This document shows positions 24,447-37,800 of a DNA stretch of 64,000 nt, in pieces (positions within the stretch are counted from its first letter, which is position 1; the number at the start of each line of letters is the position of its first letter). Made by a program: the position numbers and the translations under genes. The notes beneath the pieces were generated by a model. That model worked only from the letters and a program-made list of their open reading frames with translations. It did not search any database and had not been told where the DNA came from. Source of the stretch: Epiperipatus broadwayi (lineage: Eukaryota > Animalia > Onychophora). The stretch lies in assembly GCA_028023455.1 (NCBI GenBank), contig JAQFVV010000008.1, forward strand, positions 7,812,001 to 7,876,000, read 5' to 3'.

Positions 24447-25703
24447 AAGACTTATTGAGAATAAAATAAGTTTAAACCCCTATTTTATTCTCGTTCCCTG
24501 ATTCCAGAAGTAATGTACCATTTTTATATAAATGGTACAAGTGTGTTGGCATATGATAATATTTAAAAGCTAAAAAAGAAATAAAAATTAGAAATAGTTC
24601 CATAAACACTAATTTTTTAAGTTGATTGAAGTTTAACCCAAACTGCAAAACAAATGACTATGATTGAGCAACAAATTTGAACCATAGTATTAACAAATAA
24701 TATTTATAGCAATGTTCCAAAAACCCTTACTCCATTACAAATCATCACCTGAAATGATGGACAAACAGCCTATTACCCAAACATAAAATTTAGAATCACA
24801 TTTGATCAATGAGATATTTTAGAATCATAACACTTGTTCTCTATAAAATTTGACTGCCAGGACTAAGATGAAACTTCATTTACGATCGTCAGAGTAAATC
24901 ATTCATATATAATATCTATGTCTTGGAGTCATTTTAATGAGTTGTGATGTGCAGTTGAAGAATTCTCAATGTCTCTGTCATTCTAATATACATATATTGT
25001 TCAATAAGAATTCATCAGAATTTGTGAGAACTATTGCACCATTGTAGCTAGGAACTTAAAATTTTATCAAAACAATAATGAGAAACATAGCTCTATCCAT
25101 ATGCATCTGATTTCAACACTTCATTAGTAATATAAAAATATTTTAATGGTTAATCACTTGGGAGACTAAGTTCAAACATCAGAAATGTCCAATTAGACTA
25201 GTTTTGGCAAGAGAAAATTATAAAACTTTGCAGAGCTTTTGCATATTCAAATTTTCCATTTGAAACTGCTATATTTACAGAGTTCTGAGATTTAAACAAC
25301 TGTTGAGAGAAATCTTTATACTAATTGTGAATGTATCAGACAAGCAGAAAAATGTTTTGCAATTCAAAGTACAAATTTTTTAACCGAATATAAAATCTAG
25401 AAAGTATTATAACATAAGTTTGATAAAATGAATTACTAATTATTGGCTAATTTATAAAACACTTACATATATTACAATTTAATAGTCTTTGAAAAAAAGA
25501 AACTGATCTATATTTGATTTTTTTTTATTTAATGTATTTTGGTACAATAAAAAAAAAACCTTGAAATACATTATACAGTATATACAGTTTATATAAATAT
25601 TTTCTTTTAATTCTGTTAATATTTTTAAATCTTGACATGTTGCTAAAAGTACAGTATTACTATTTATTCCACACCAAAGGCAAACACTACTAACGTTCAA
25701 CAT

Positions 25704-25805
25704 TTATTCTTTAGATGGTTGTTCATCACCACGAGTTCGTCTTTTCTTGCCTTTAATACTTTCTTGTTCAATGCTTTTACGTTTACTCATTTCCTTTTCT
25801 TCATC
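25704..25805 (-). CDS. BRD8: BRD8-like terminal exon DEEKEMSKRKSIEQESIKGKKRRTRGDEQPSKE*
   Basis: Acceptor 'tttttattatttctag|GAT', phase 0, purine-rich coding bias, TAA at 25706-25704, AU-rich UTR downstream. Confidence 0.7.
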   Translation of the reverse strand, partial: DEEKEMSKRKSIEQESIKGKKRRTRGDEQPSKE

Positions 25806-28800
25806 CTAGAAATAATAAAAAGTCATTTTTAAATTTTCTATAAAACAAGTATGAATATTTTTTAAAAGAAAAATGATGTCATTTTATTATAACATTCTGT
25901 ATAACAAGCAAGGAATCATTTTTTAAATTTTCAACATATATCTTAGCAATAGCTCATTCTTTATTCCAGAATCTTCTATTATACACTTAAAGATTTTATA
26001 CACATGATATTGTATTCTAAGACCCACTCTTAATTTTTAGCTACTGATCCTTGAGAAGCATTGGATTTTGCATTTATCCATACAATCCGAATTCATCTGT
26101 TCTATGGAATTACAAGCAAGTTAGCTTTGATTCAAACTCGTAGGTTGTTTTTGAATCTGTCTTGGGATTTGGTAGTACTCCATCTAGTTTTCACTGATTA
26201 CTCGAGCCAAGTTGCAGAGTTAAGAAAATATGGTGACTTGCTATTCCTAATGCAATTTTGAAAAAAATTTATGTCGTGCTTTATTTTGCCTAGACTGTCC
26301 TTGTCAAAAATTGTTTTGAGATAGCATAAAATTAATCCCACTAATACAGTTTGGATTAAAAACTTTTAGGTGTTTTTGAATCTCAAATCATATATATGGT
26401 TGGATAGTATAAAAAAGGGTAAAGATATTTTGCATATGAGAGTAAAATTCAATGCTCACCGAAGAAAGCCAATAGTCTCTGTAATGAAAATTTTTTATAA
26501 AACCTGTAAAATGAGATTTAACAATGTAAGAAAAAAATAATACTGCAGAATTGTTAAAAGTTAGGGTAAAAAGAATTTATAAGCATTGCTGATATTTTTA
26601 AATAAGATGAATAAATAAATTATTTTTCAACTTGTGATCTATTTGTTAAATATGAGGATTTTAAAACAATCTAATTTCATATCTGAAAGTTTTAATGAAC
26701 AATTTTTTAACGGATAGTTTTATTTAAAAAATTTCAAAGGTACAGATGCAATAGAAATTGTTAGAAATATAAACAATATTTAAAAGAATTAACATTTTAA
26801 TGAATGTTTTAGAAAATATAAACCAGAAGGATAAGAAACTAAAATATATATGAAGCTGAAAACAGTTTATTCCTACTCCATATATTCAATATTTGAGTGT
26901 CAGCTTATCTGCGCAAAATAGAAATTCATTTTGTGTTATTCACAATTTGTATCTATTTATGACCAGTATAATAGGCAAAATACAATGGAAAATGTCAAAT
27001 CAATAAAGCAGTAACTTTCTTCAAAAAAAAGAAGCTTTATAGGCATACATGCTTTAAAGTATAGCAGATCTTTGAACAAACCACAAAAAAACAAGCATTC
27101 TTGGGTATTACTGATTACATCATGAATAACATTAAATTATAGTGGGGAAGATTCTGCTAAAGCCATTATAAAATATCTATTTCAGCTCATTGCAGAATGA
27201 AGAATTTAATGTCAAAACAGTATGATAGCATATCAGTTTTCACAAAGTGTTAACTAAATATTCTTTAAAGCATTCAAAGATTATCCTACATTGCTTTTTT
27301 TTTCTGCATGAATGATTTTAATGTCAAAACAGTATGATAGCATATTAGTTTTCACAAAGCGTTAACCAAACATTCTTTAAAGTATTCAAAGATTATCCTA
27401 TTGCTTTTTTTTTTCTACATGAATGATAGAGAAAACTAAATGCAAGTCTGTCATTATGTATAAAACCAAAATCAGTGTACACTGAAAGGAAAAAATTAGT
27501 TATAAGTCAGAGCATTACAAATGTAATCAGAAAGTTTGGAAACATTCAAGATATTCCAAAACTCATTTAAACATATTCAAGAGAAAATTGAAAATGTCCA
27601 TTCATTGAATCGAGGAATCATAGACGTGATACTCTAAAGCCTTGATAATCCCCCATGGTTTATTGCATATTAAGTATATTGTCTGTCAAAATGTATTAGT
27701 TATAATAAAGAATTGTTGGCTATTTTAGCTAAACTGTCAACAACTGAGAGACATCTGGTGACGAGAAGCAATTAAAAAATATGCAATGAAGTTTTTGTTG
27801 CATAAGATTCATGATGAAAGCTTCAATGATATACAAAATGAAAAAAGCAATGAAGAATTGAATGATGGCTCATCAATATGTCAAAGATATGATGATTAGT
27901 TATCATAATAGTTTTTTTAAAACTGAGACTGGATGTTCATGATATAACATCAAATTCAAAAATCAACTTGACAACCTGCTACAGATAAAAAAAACCTATT
28001 GAATGATACTCTAGTTAATTAAAGCAAAAAAAATCCAGATGTAATCAGCCATTAGGGTTAGTATAGAGAAAAAAGATGTTGAGCTACTATACATTTTGCT
28101 ATTTTCATAATTTACTTCATAAAGTGCCAGAAATTTCCTTAACTTTTTTAAGATTTGACAATGTCAAGAAGTTTACAATTAAATTCATTCCTAACAACAT
28201 TGCTCACTATGAAAGATAAAATTTCTTTATCCCTTGAATAAAAAAGGATTTATTAAATCATATTTGATGTTATAATTGGGCTTGCAGATACAGAAAATAA
28301 AATTAAAATATCTAAGAAATGAAAAATATGATTTGAATTAAAATTATGAAGACAATGAAAATAATTTGAAAATTGTAAGTGGTCAAGAAAATAACAGGTT
28401 ATCTAGGAAGCTGGAAATAAAAGTTTCAAATGGAGAACTTTGTAATAAGAGAATTGTTTTGCTATAAATTAAAATTGAAGTTAACAAATAGCTTATTAAA
28501 TATTTACATTGGAATATTGTTATTAGTTTTAGATAATCAAGAAAGATTCAATGCTATGAGAAGACTTTTAGAGAAAACAAAATAATTGAATGAACAAAAA
28601 AAATTAAGAATAGGGATTACATTGAGTATATGTTTAAAAAATAGTTTTAAAAGATACATTAGAAGATGAAAGAAAATGAAATTGATAATCTTTGGAAATA
28701 CTGTATGTGGAGAAGAGCTTGGTGAAAATGGTTACAGATTATGTGCTGGACTTGAAGTTTGATGGCATAACAGTGATGATCATTTTTAAAGAATAAACAA

Positions 28801-31800
28801 AAATTATCTTCAAATGGTAGATGTATTAATTTGATGAAATGAAAATTAAAAAAGACTGGCTTAAGAAATAAATGAGAGTAGCTTTTAATTATACATGAAC
28901 ATATTGACATTAGGACTAAAATTCGATTAAATTATTGTCGATTCAAGTTATTCAAAATATTTAACAGAAATCACACATTTTCTTTATAATATACAATGCC
29001 AATAATAAGCAATACACTTATATGAAATAATTTACTATCTAGAAGTTTATGAATTAAAAAAAATTGAAGGTAAAGCAGTTAAGTAAATTAAATAAACTTT
29101 TTGTGTGAAAAATTTGATAAATTTAATAATTTGAAAATATAAATTAATTTACAAACTAATTTTCCATCTGCAACCATTATTGAAAACTAAAAAATGTATT
29201 GAATTCAACTCATTTTCAAAAATATAAAAAGTCTTAGTCATTCACAAATGGATTCCAAGATTATATAAAAATTGTAAAGAATATGATCTATATTGTGTGA
29301 AGTGAACTTAAAATCTTGTCTTGGAATGTATTGATGTGAAAAAAATACAGTGTGACTTGGACAAGTATATAGGAGAGTAGGAAATATCGGGACTAATTGA
29401 AGTTACAAAATCATTATCAGTTTGTCATATATCTCTGGGAATGACAAAACATGATTTAGATTTCAATATTTCATCATTTTTGCCATTATAAGCATACCAA
29501 AATACGTGTGAATTAATACTCCAAAAATAATTGGTTTCAGATATATATAGTTTGCTCTTTTTTTTAAAAAAAAAAAAAAGCCAAGGACATGGAACTATTT
29601 AGTAACCAAGTTAAAATAAACTTGATTATTTATTAAGAACAAAAATGTTTAATCATGATTTGAACTTTAATTAATTTGTTTTTACTACTACTGATTCTAT
29701 TCATCATTTATATTAATTAGACTAGGAGATTGTTTTTCTTCACAGAGCAATGCAACATATTGTTTTAATTTAGCAATATATTTCTATAATGGGAAAAAAA
29801 AAAAGATTTTATATCAAATGAGCCATTTAATAAATGGTCTAAATCTGAAGTATTTGAAAAAATTTAATATATGTTCATATATATAAATTCAGGCATTTAT
29901 AAAAGTTATGATGAACACAATTTCAATCTTCACTTTATAGTGTGCACGGAATTATCAATTGATATATAACAAATGCAATCTTAAAGTACAGTTCAAAAAA
30001 AATCTGGATAATACATATTGATACAACCACCAATAATTATCGCAGTAGTTAAAATATTCTAAGCAGCATCTTTCATAAAAATACAATACATAAAAATTTT
30101 AATAATAAATATTTCTTTCAGTATACTTAGGAGATTTTTTTTTTTAAATCTATATAATTTTTATTAATAAATAAAAAATGACTTCTAAAAGCAGTTAGTA
30201 TTCTTTTTTTTTTAAATCAAATTTTAGTCTTTATAAAATTACTGATATATTATTAAAAAATAGAAAACTTCTGAATATAAGAATTTACATTAATGTACGT
30301 AGTTAATAATGCAACATCTGTCAAATATTAATGTAACAAATTATATAAACACTTGTTATTTCATTATCTTTCACAAATTTCTTTGAAAACTGCATTAGAT
30401 ATGAGTGCTAAGTAATTAATCTAATCTTATTTGAAAAATTAACAATATGCAATTATAATCATTACCTGTATGTTTGGTCATTTCTATCTGTTAAGAATCA
30501 TTAGATAAACTGAAACATAGCAAGAATTAAGTAACAATAACTTAACAGATCAGTTAAGAATTCAAATGAAATCATTCCTCAAACATATTTAGTCTTTAAA
30601 TAAGATTATTACCACTACAATGTTTGATATACTAGTAGAATATTATAACTATCTGGCAAGTAAATGTTTATGTAATTTAATATTTTTATTAAGTTATTTA
30701 ATAAAAGGATCATGCTTAATAAAAATAAAATGGATTAAGATTATTATTATTATTATGCAAAATGAATATAGGCTTGTTAGACTAATTCAACTAAAGAGCT
30801 GTCTTATTTTTGTTAGAAATTTATTCACTTTAGCATTTTCATTATCTATAAAATCACTTGAAAAGTATACTTTTTTTTTCTGAATGAACTGTTTGCCTTT
30901 CAGCAGACAAATGAATTATTGAGTTTGATTAGACTAAGGAATATATTAAATAAATTCAGTCTTGTTATTTCCTCTTGAATGATTTTCTAGATTTGAACAT
31001 AAAGGCTTCTGTTAAATATCATATATGCACTTTAGGTTTACTTATGCAAAAACACTTATGATTTGAAGGATATTTAATGCCTATGTGCACCAAAAGCATT
31101 TAAAAATTTTGAAAGTTTTTCAACAAATCAAGATCGCTGTGGTAATGAGAGATCTTTCATATAATTTAAGTAAATTGTATAATTTTACTTTTTACAAAGC
31201 TTAATCTTAAAATGGTTAATGAAATAATAAACAACATTTTTGGAAATAAGGTTCTCATTTTTTCAAAACCTTCAACAATATTTTTTGGTTGATCTTTGAA
31301 CTAGTCTTATCAATCTTATAACACTTTGGAATTATGTGTTTTAATATATTTTTTGACACTAGCCTGTTTTACTGTGTCAATTGCTAAAAACTCTAATTGA
31401 CAAAAATAATGCCTTGATTTATAGATTCAGTTATAAGCAATTATTATTATCAAATAAATTGTATATGATAGCCTTAAAAAAAAAACTTTATTCAAATATC
31501 TAATTAATACTAACAGATGTAACTGAAAAGTCATAATGTTAATTGCCAGTTATTAGTAGTCTATTTTGTAAAGGATTAAGAAGATAATGGTTTTACTATA
31601 TCCATTCTATTATAGAATAATTTAATTCACTAAAAGTTGCTTTTATATTTGCTTCTGAAATTAAAGATGAGATCTTTAGCTTCATTCTTGGAGTGAAGTA
31701 TTACATTCATCAAAATACTTTCTTTGCCTTTATTATATAATCCTATTTCATTTTATTTTTGTTTTGGGTTATTCCATGTCAAATGATTAACTATTTTATC

Positions 31801-34800
31801 TATTTTGGATTTTTTTTCTTTTCAAATTTGACTCATCGAATAAGATAGATAGTAAAAAAATCAAATTTTTATCTAAGTAATATTGAATTTAAAGCTGTTT
31901 GAAAACTCCACATAATCATAATTTGTGTTCAATGGCAAATTGCAAGGAATAATTATTGAAGCGAGAAAGCATCAAATTGTATTTTTTTAGACTTTCATAT
32001 GATATATTGAACATTTTATAAATCTAAATTTGGGGGGGGAATATATATCATTATTTGTACAAAATTTCATTATCAGATCACAAATAGATTTTTATTTTTA
32101 AAAAACCATATGGATCAAAAATAATGTCAGTAATGTTTGCTTTATGCTTAAAAAAATGGTTTGATAAAAACAAAGTCTAGAATATATATATTGGGAAATT
32201 TTAGGTGCTGTTTAAAACAAAATATCCTGCTGAAAAGAACATTTTCAAAAATTGCTGACTTACGATACAAACACTATCTTAGCCGAAGGAATGACACAAC
32301 AATGTGTGCCAAGTTAAACAGTATTAGGCTCAGTGATGATTATGATGCAGTGATAATGATTAGCAAAGATATGAAATAGATATAAAATACCAGCTCGATG
32401 AATGTGATTTATATCCTGGATGTGGAATATTTTAAACAGAGTTAAGCATGAAGTTCGAAAAATAAATGATACATTGTATTACCTACATACAAAGGGTTTC
32501 TGTTGACCAATATACATTTCAAAAACTTAGTTATCGAACAAATGTTTTGTATCCAAAAATATCTGATTAATTGAAGATAAATGGGAGGGAGGGCTGAGGT
32601 ATCTTGACTTTGCAACAAAAATTTAGATAATATAAAATGTAGAAGTATTGTTTGCATCTCTGAATATCTTAAACCTGACACAATAGTTATTTATTTATTT
32701 CAGAAAAAACTTATACCTAAGATAATGTACTCCAATTTAAAAGAAAAAAACTATCAAGTATATGCCATCATGTAAATAATTGTGAAATCAAAGTTGAGTG
32801 ACATTTCTATACAACAGCTCACTGTAAAGGAATATATGACAGCCTAAGAGAAAATAAAGACTTCTGCAAAAGCAATTTTTCAATGATCTTATCAAGAGAA
32901 AAATAAAAAACAACATATAGAAGAGAAATTGCTTGATAACCATTTTTTTTAGATGCAAATCCAATATCAAGAATCCAAATATTCTAATGTTTTTATTCCT
33001 GTATAAGATAAAATATTACTGACAAAGATAAATTTCAAAGAGTTAGTAGAAATCAAATTTTTTTTTTGTCAAAGACAATAGTAAAAGGATATGTAACTTG
33101 CAAATATAATTATCATTGATAGCTTGGGAAAGTTTTGGCTAAGAATAGAACAACTTGAGATCATGCAAGTGAAAAGCCTCCATCTTAAAGATCCTGTTCC
33201 TTTATTCACTCAAAATCTTTGATGATAAAGTTGAAGTCCCTATGTTTTAAATTTCTTATCTTGCTGATCTCACATATCCCCCTGATCATACTACTCCTAC
33301 AAAGAAATGAATGCAGCAACTATATTTATTCAAAATTATCTTGCAAAAGATAATTAAGGAAATTTAACAGAAATGACAGATGATGCTAGAATGCTTGAAA
33401 GTAGACAATTAGTTAAGATTTTTCTATACGTTGTGTTTGGTTAGACTTACAGGTTCGATTCCAAACCAACAGACAAATGATGACAACTACTCAACAATTA
33501 ATATGTACTATTTATTAGTTAAAAAAAATATATATACACACGTTAGTTAAACAAATGAATATAGTTTATACAATTTTATGCTGAGGTAGTCATGCAAAAT
33601 AATGGAACTCACTTCCAGCTAAATAAGTAACCTGCCTCATGAGCTCAAGTAAGACTCTTCCAGCTGTACTGGACAGCTTGCCTTGAGTTAGATCTAGTTC
33701 AGACTCTTCCAACTGCACTTGGATAGCTTGCCTAGAATTGGATGTGGACGTAGCAATTTCCAGTCCGTATGTGGACTTGCCTCACTGGGTGGACGTCGCG
33801 ATAATGACTACAGAAATAGAGTACCCTTGCTGACTGCAGATGGTTTATTGGAAAGCACATTCAGTCGTTCAGGTTGACAGAAGCAATTGCTCTCTGTCTT
33901 GCCTCCAAAAGGCTGACTATTTAATGGCAGATCCCTATCATACTGGAAACACTCGAATTTTGTGCGTGAACCCCATTGGATAGTGACTGGGTGCTAGCCA
34001 ATCAGGCAAGGAATCTGAAATAGTCCATTTCTAAACGCAAGGTAAGATATGGCATCCCCCCCCCCGGCTAAAATTAGCCCTGGAGGATGTCATCGAGATG
34101 CGCTGGACAAGGTATTGTCCACTTTATTGTGACTTCCATTTCATCAGTGTCCATGGTTTCTTCTTCGTTTGACGAAGTTGTTCCTGGATGTTTGCTGCCA
34201 CCTTGATTTTGATGTTCATCTTCTCTGCTTGATGTACTTGTCCCAAGTTGGTTACTGCTTTTATCAGCTTCTGTTGTGTGGTTGAATCTTAGCTGGTTGA
34301 GATGGCGATGATATTGATGACCATCTTCTGTTTGCACAACGATAGTATCCTTTATTTGAGTCACTACTGTCGGTATCCATCTTGTGGACCCATACTACAT
34401 ACAGCATACTACTTGTGTCCCTATTTGGAGTTTTATCTTGTTCAAGTTTGGCATCAGGTTTCAGGGTCGATGGCATAGTTCTTAAGGGTCTGTTGGGCAA
34501 ATTCTGTAAGAGTCTTCCCTCTTACTGTGCTTGGAATGGACTGCTGCACTAGCAGGAGTCCTGGCAATTCTAGTATTCCAACTTCCTGTATCCACTTTTG
34601 TTATTAGCTTCTTGTACAATCTCTCCACTTGATCATTACTTTCAGTGTGGAATGGAGGGCTGTTTACGTGTTCGGTGTTGTTATTAGTGCAGAAGGTTTT
34701 TAATGCACCAGATGAAAAAGCTGTGCCGTTGTCAGTCACTATTGTTTTCAGAAGAACATGTGTGGCAAATAGCCTTCTCAGAGCCTCTATCATGGCTGTG

Positions 34801-37800
34801 GAGTGAAGTGATGGTACCTCCACAACCTCCAGACACTTGGAAAATGAGTCCACCACTATTAACAGCAGTTTGCCTTTCCATGGACGAGTATGGTCCAGAT
34901 ATGGTCTAGACCAGGGCCCTTCAGGTTTGGGCCACTGGACTCTTGTCTTTTGCTGGCATATTCTGATTCATCTTGCACTGCCAGCAGTGGTGGATTTTGG
35001 CTTCGATGTCAGCATTTAAGGTAGGCCATCACATGTATGATCTTACCAGCAACTTCATCCGGACTATCCCTGGGTGCCTATAATGCAAGAGTGAGCATCC
35101 TGGGAACATCCGGCTAGACGAATTATAATTCTGGATCTCCAGATAAGATAGCTGTGTTCAGTTGAGATCCAATCTAAACATCCAGTAGGCTGTGTAATTC
35201 AACTGGTTTTTTATTAGGCCAAACCTGTTGGACATATTTTTGAAGCTTTGGAGTCCCAGGTCATTGTTAGTCCACTCTGCCACTGACTTGCTATTCAGTG
35301 GTATAGTTGTGTCTAGATCAAATCATGTTAATTGAGGGGCATGATAATCTTGGACTGTCAGTCATTTCTGTAGGCAAGTCGGGTTAATATAAGGGATGTG
35401 TTCCCTCGATGTATTGATGGGTAAAGTCATAGCCTGACAGGAAATGGAACCACCGCAACATTCTTGATGAGGCATGCTGTGGGATTCTCTTATCAGATGC
35501 AAAGATCCCCATAAGGGGTTTATGATCTGATTGAAATATAAATGGTCTACCATATAGGTAGTCATCGAACTTTTTGATACCATTGATCAAAGCCAGGCCT
35601 CTCTATCTATTTGAGCATAGTTTTTCTCAGCTCTAGAGAGGCACTTTGATGCAAAAGCAATAGGACTGTATGTTCCATTATTATTTATATAAGATAATAC
35701 TGCCCCTGTTCCTTCAGGTGATAAATCACAAATCAGCACTAGCATCTTTATTGGGTTGAAATATGATAGCACTGCTGTAACTGATATTAAATTCTTTAGC
35801 ATCTTAAATGCTTTGTCATGCTTACTGTCCCACTTCCAGCTGCTTTTTTGTTTAATAGCCTGTGTAGTGGTTCAGAAGCCTCCGTTTTATGGTATAGGAA
35901 ACCTTCATAATAGTTTATCAATCCTAAAAAGGATTGAAGTTCCTTCTTATTTTCTGGTGTTTTGGCCTTCTTTATTGCCAACACCTTTTGAGTTGGTTAA
36001 ATGCCATTAGCATTTATTTATATCCCAGAAATTCAATCTCTTTGGCTTCAAATATACACTTCTCCCAGTTTATTTTAATGCCAGAGGCTTTGAATTTATC
36101 TAGGAGTTCGTTGGTGGCTCTCCAGTTGTTCTAGAGTTTGGGCCACTAGTAAGATATCATCAAAGTATGGTAGTGCACCCAATATTCCAGAAGTCAGTTG
36201 ATCCATGACTCTGGAAAATAGCCGAGGTGACCAATATACCAAAGGGTAGTCGGTTCATTTTAAATAACCCTTTATGGGTTATTATTGATAATGTCTTGCA
36301 GCCTGGTCATCAACAAGCAGTTGCAAGTATGCATGTTTTAGGTCAATTTTGGTAAAAACCCTACCACCTGACAACATGAATAGGATTTGTTTGACTGATG
36401 GTAGTGGATAATTATCTGGCTCAAGTGCTTTGTTGATTATACAATGATAATCTCCACATATACGTATATTGCCATTTTCTTTGATGATCGGTTCTATATG
36501 GGTGGCCCATTCAGAATATAATATAGGCTCAATTATACCAGCTGCCTGTTACTTCTCGAGTTCTGCTTCTACTTTACTATGCAAAGCTAGTGGAAGTGAT
36601 CTGCACCTACAATTGTTAGGTTTTACCTCCATTAAATGGTAAATGGATTGGTTTCTCCAAATACAGACCTATCACTTTGTTAAAAACTTCTGAGTAATCA
36701 GATTTTATTTTTGAGAATGTTGTGGGCTGTTTCACTTTGGTCACTTAGAACCCTAAGTGACTGAACTAGTCACGGCCTATTAAATCACTATGGTTACCTA
36801 ATGCCACTACCAGTGGTAGGTATATAGTTTTGTTACACATAGTAATTTTTCCTGATGTTTGACCAACAGTTTGATTTTATTCCCTTGATAGTCTGATATT
36901 GACCTACTGCCTGGGTGCAGTTTATATTTATTCTTTTTATTAATGATCGCCCAAGTCTTTCTCGAAACTAAGACACTACTGTGTCAAGTTCCATCTTAAC
37001 TGGCGTATCATTAAATATGACAGTGTGTATAAATCCAGACTTGTCGTCTCTAATATGGTTTACACAGGTAACTTGCTTCTCTTTCTTACAATTATCTTCA
37101 CTGTTTTTTTGGAATAGGTCTTTCTATTCTTGACTCAGCTATTTGTCTTTTAATTTCAGACACGCCATCTTTATATGTCCGATTTGCTTGCAAAACATGC
37201 ATGTTGCCTCATGGTATGGGCATTCGGTATGCCTGTGCATGTAAGTCGTGGGCTATTTGATGGTGAATCATCTGAGCTGACTGAGTGCTTGACCGACCCA
37301 GTGTTATGCTCAATTTTTTTGCACTTCATACTTAGTAATTCTTTTTAATGGGGTAGCTAGTGCTCATTGCATCTATAGCAAAGCTGTGGGCTATTTGATG
37401 CTGAATTATCTGAGCTGACTGAGTGCTTGACTGACCCAGTGTTATGCTCAATTTTTTGCACCTCATACTTAGTAATTCTTTTTAAAGGGGTATCTTGACT
37501 AGCTATTGTCTCTGCTAGCCCTGCCTGAGTTACTACTGTCTCAAAATCTAGATCCGGAATAGTCAACATTTTCAGCCTCAAATTTGCGATTGTTTATGCC
37601 ACAAATAAAACAATCACAAAGTGCTTCATTCATGAAACCTTTGAAATTGCACTTCAAGGCTAATATTTGGATTCGTGTTGGAGTGGTATCTCTGCATTAT
37701 TGTCAAGGATTTGTGAGAAAAATACTCTGAGAATTGTCAAACTCCAGCTCAGCTGGGTTTACAGCTGTACATTGAGACTTGAGTATATCATATGTCTGCG

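Noticed and set aside
26040-26260. KTRWST motif suggestive of a hAT transposase
   Set aside because: One short motif amid stops; no other transposase motifs or termini found.
28100-29500. Faint LINE endonuclease-like words (KILSWNV)
   Set aside because: Too degraded to assign boundaries or family.
32333-32420. GTGATGA C-box as a possible intronic C/D snoRNA
   Set aside because: No suitably placed CTGA D-box or terminal stem.
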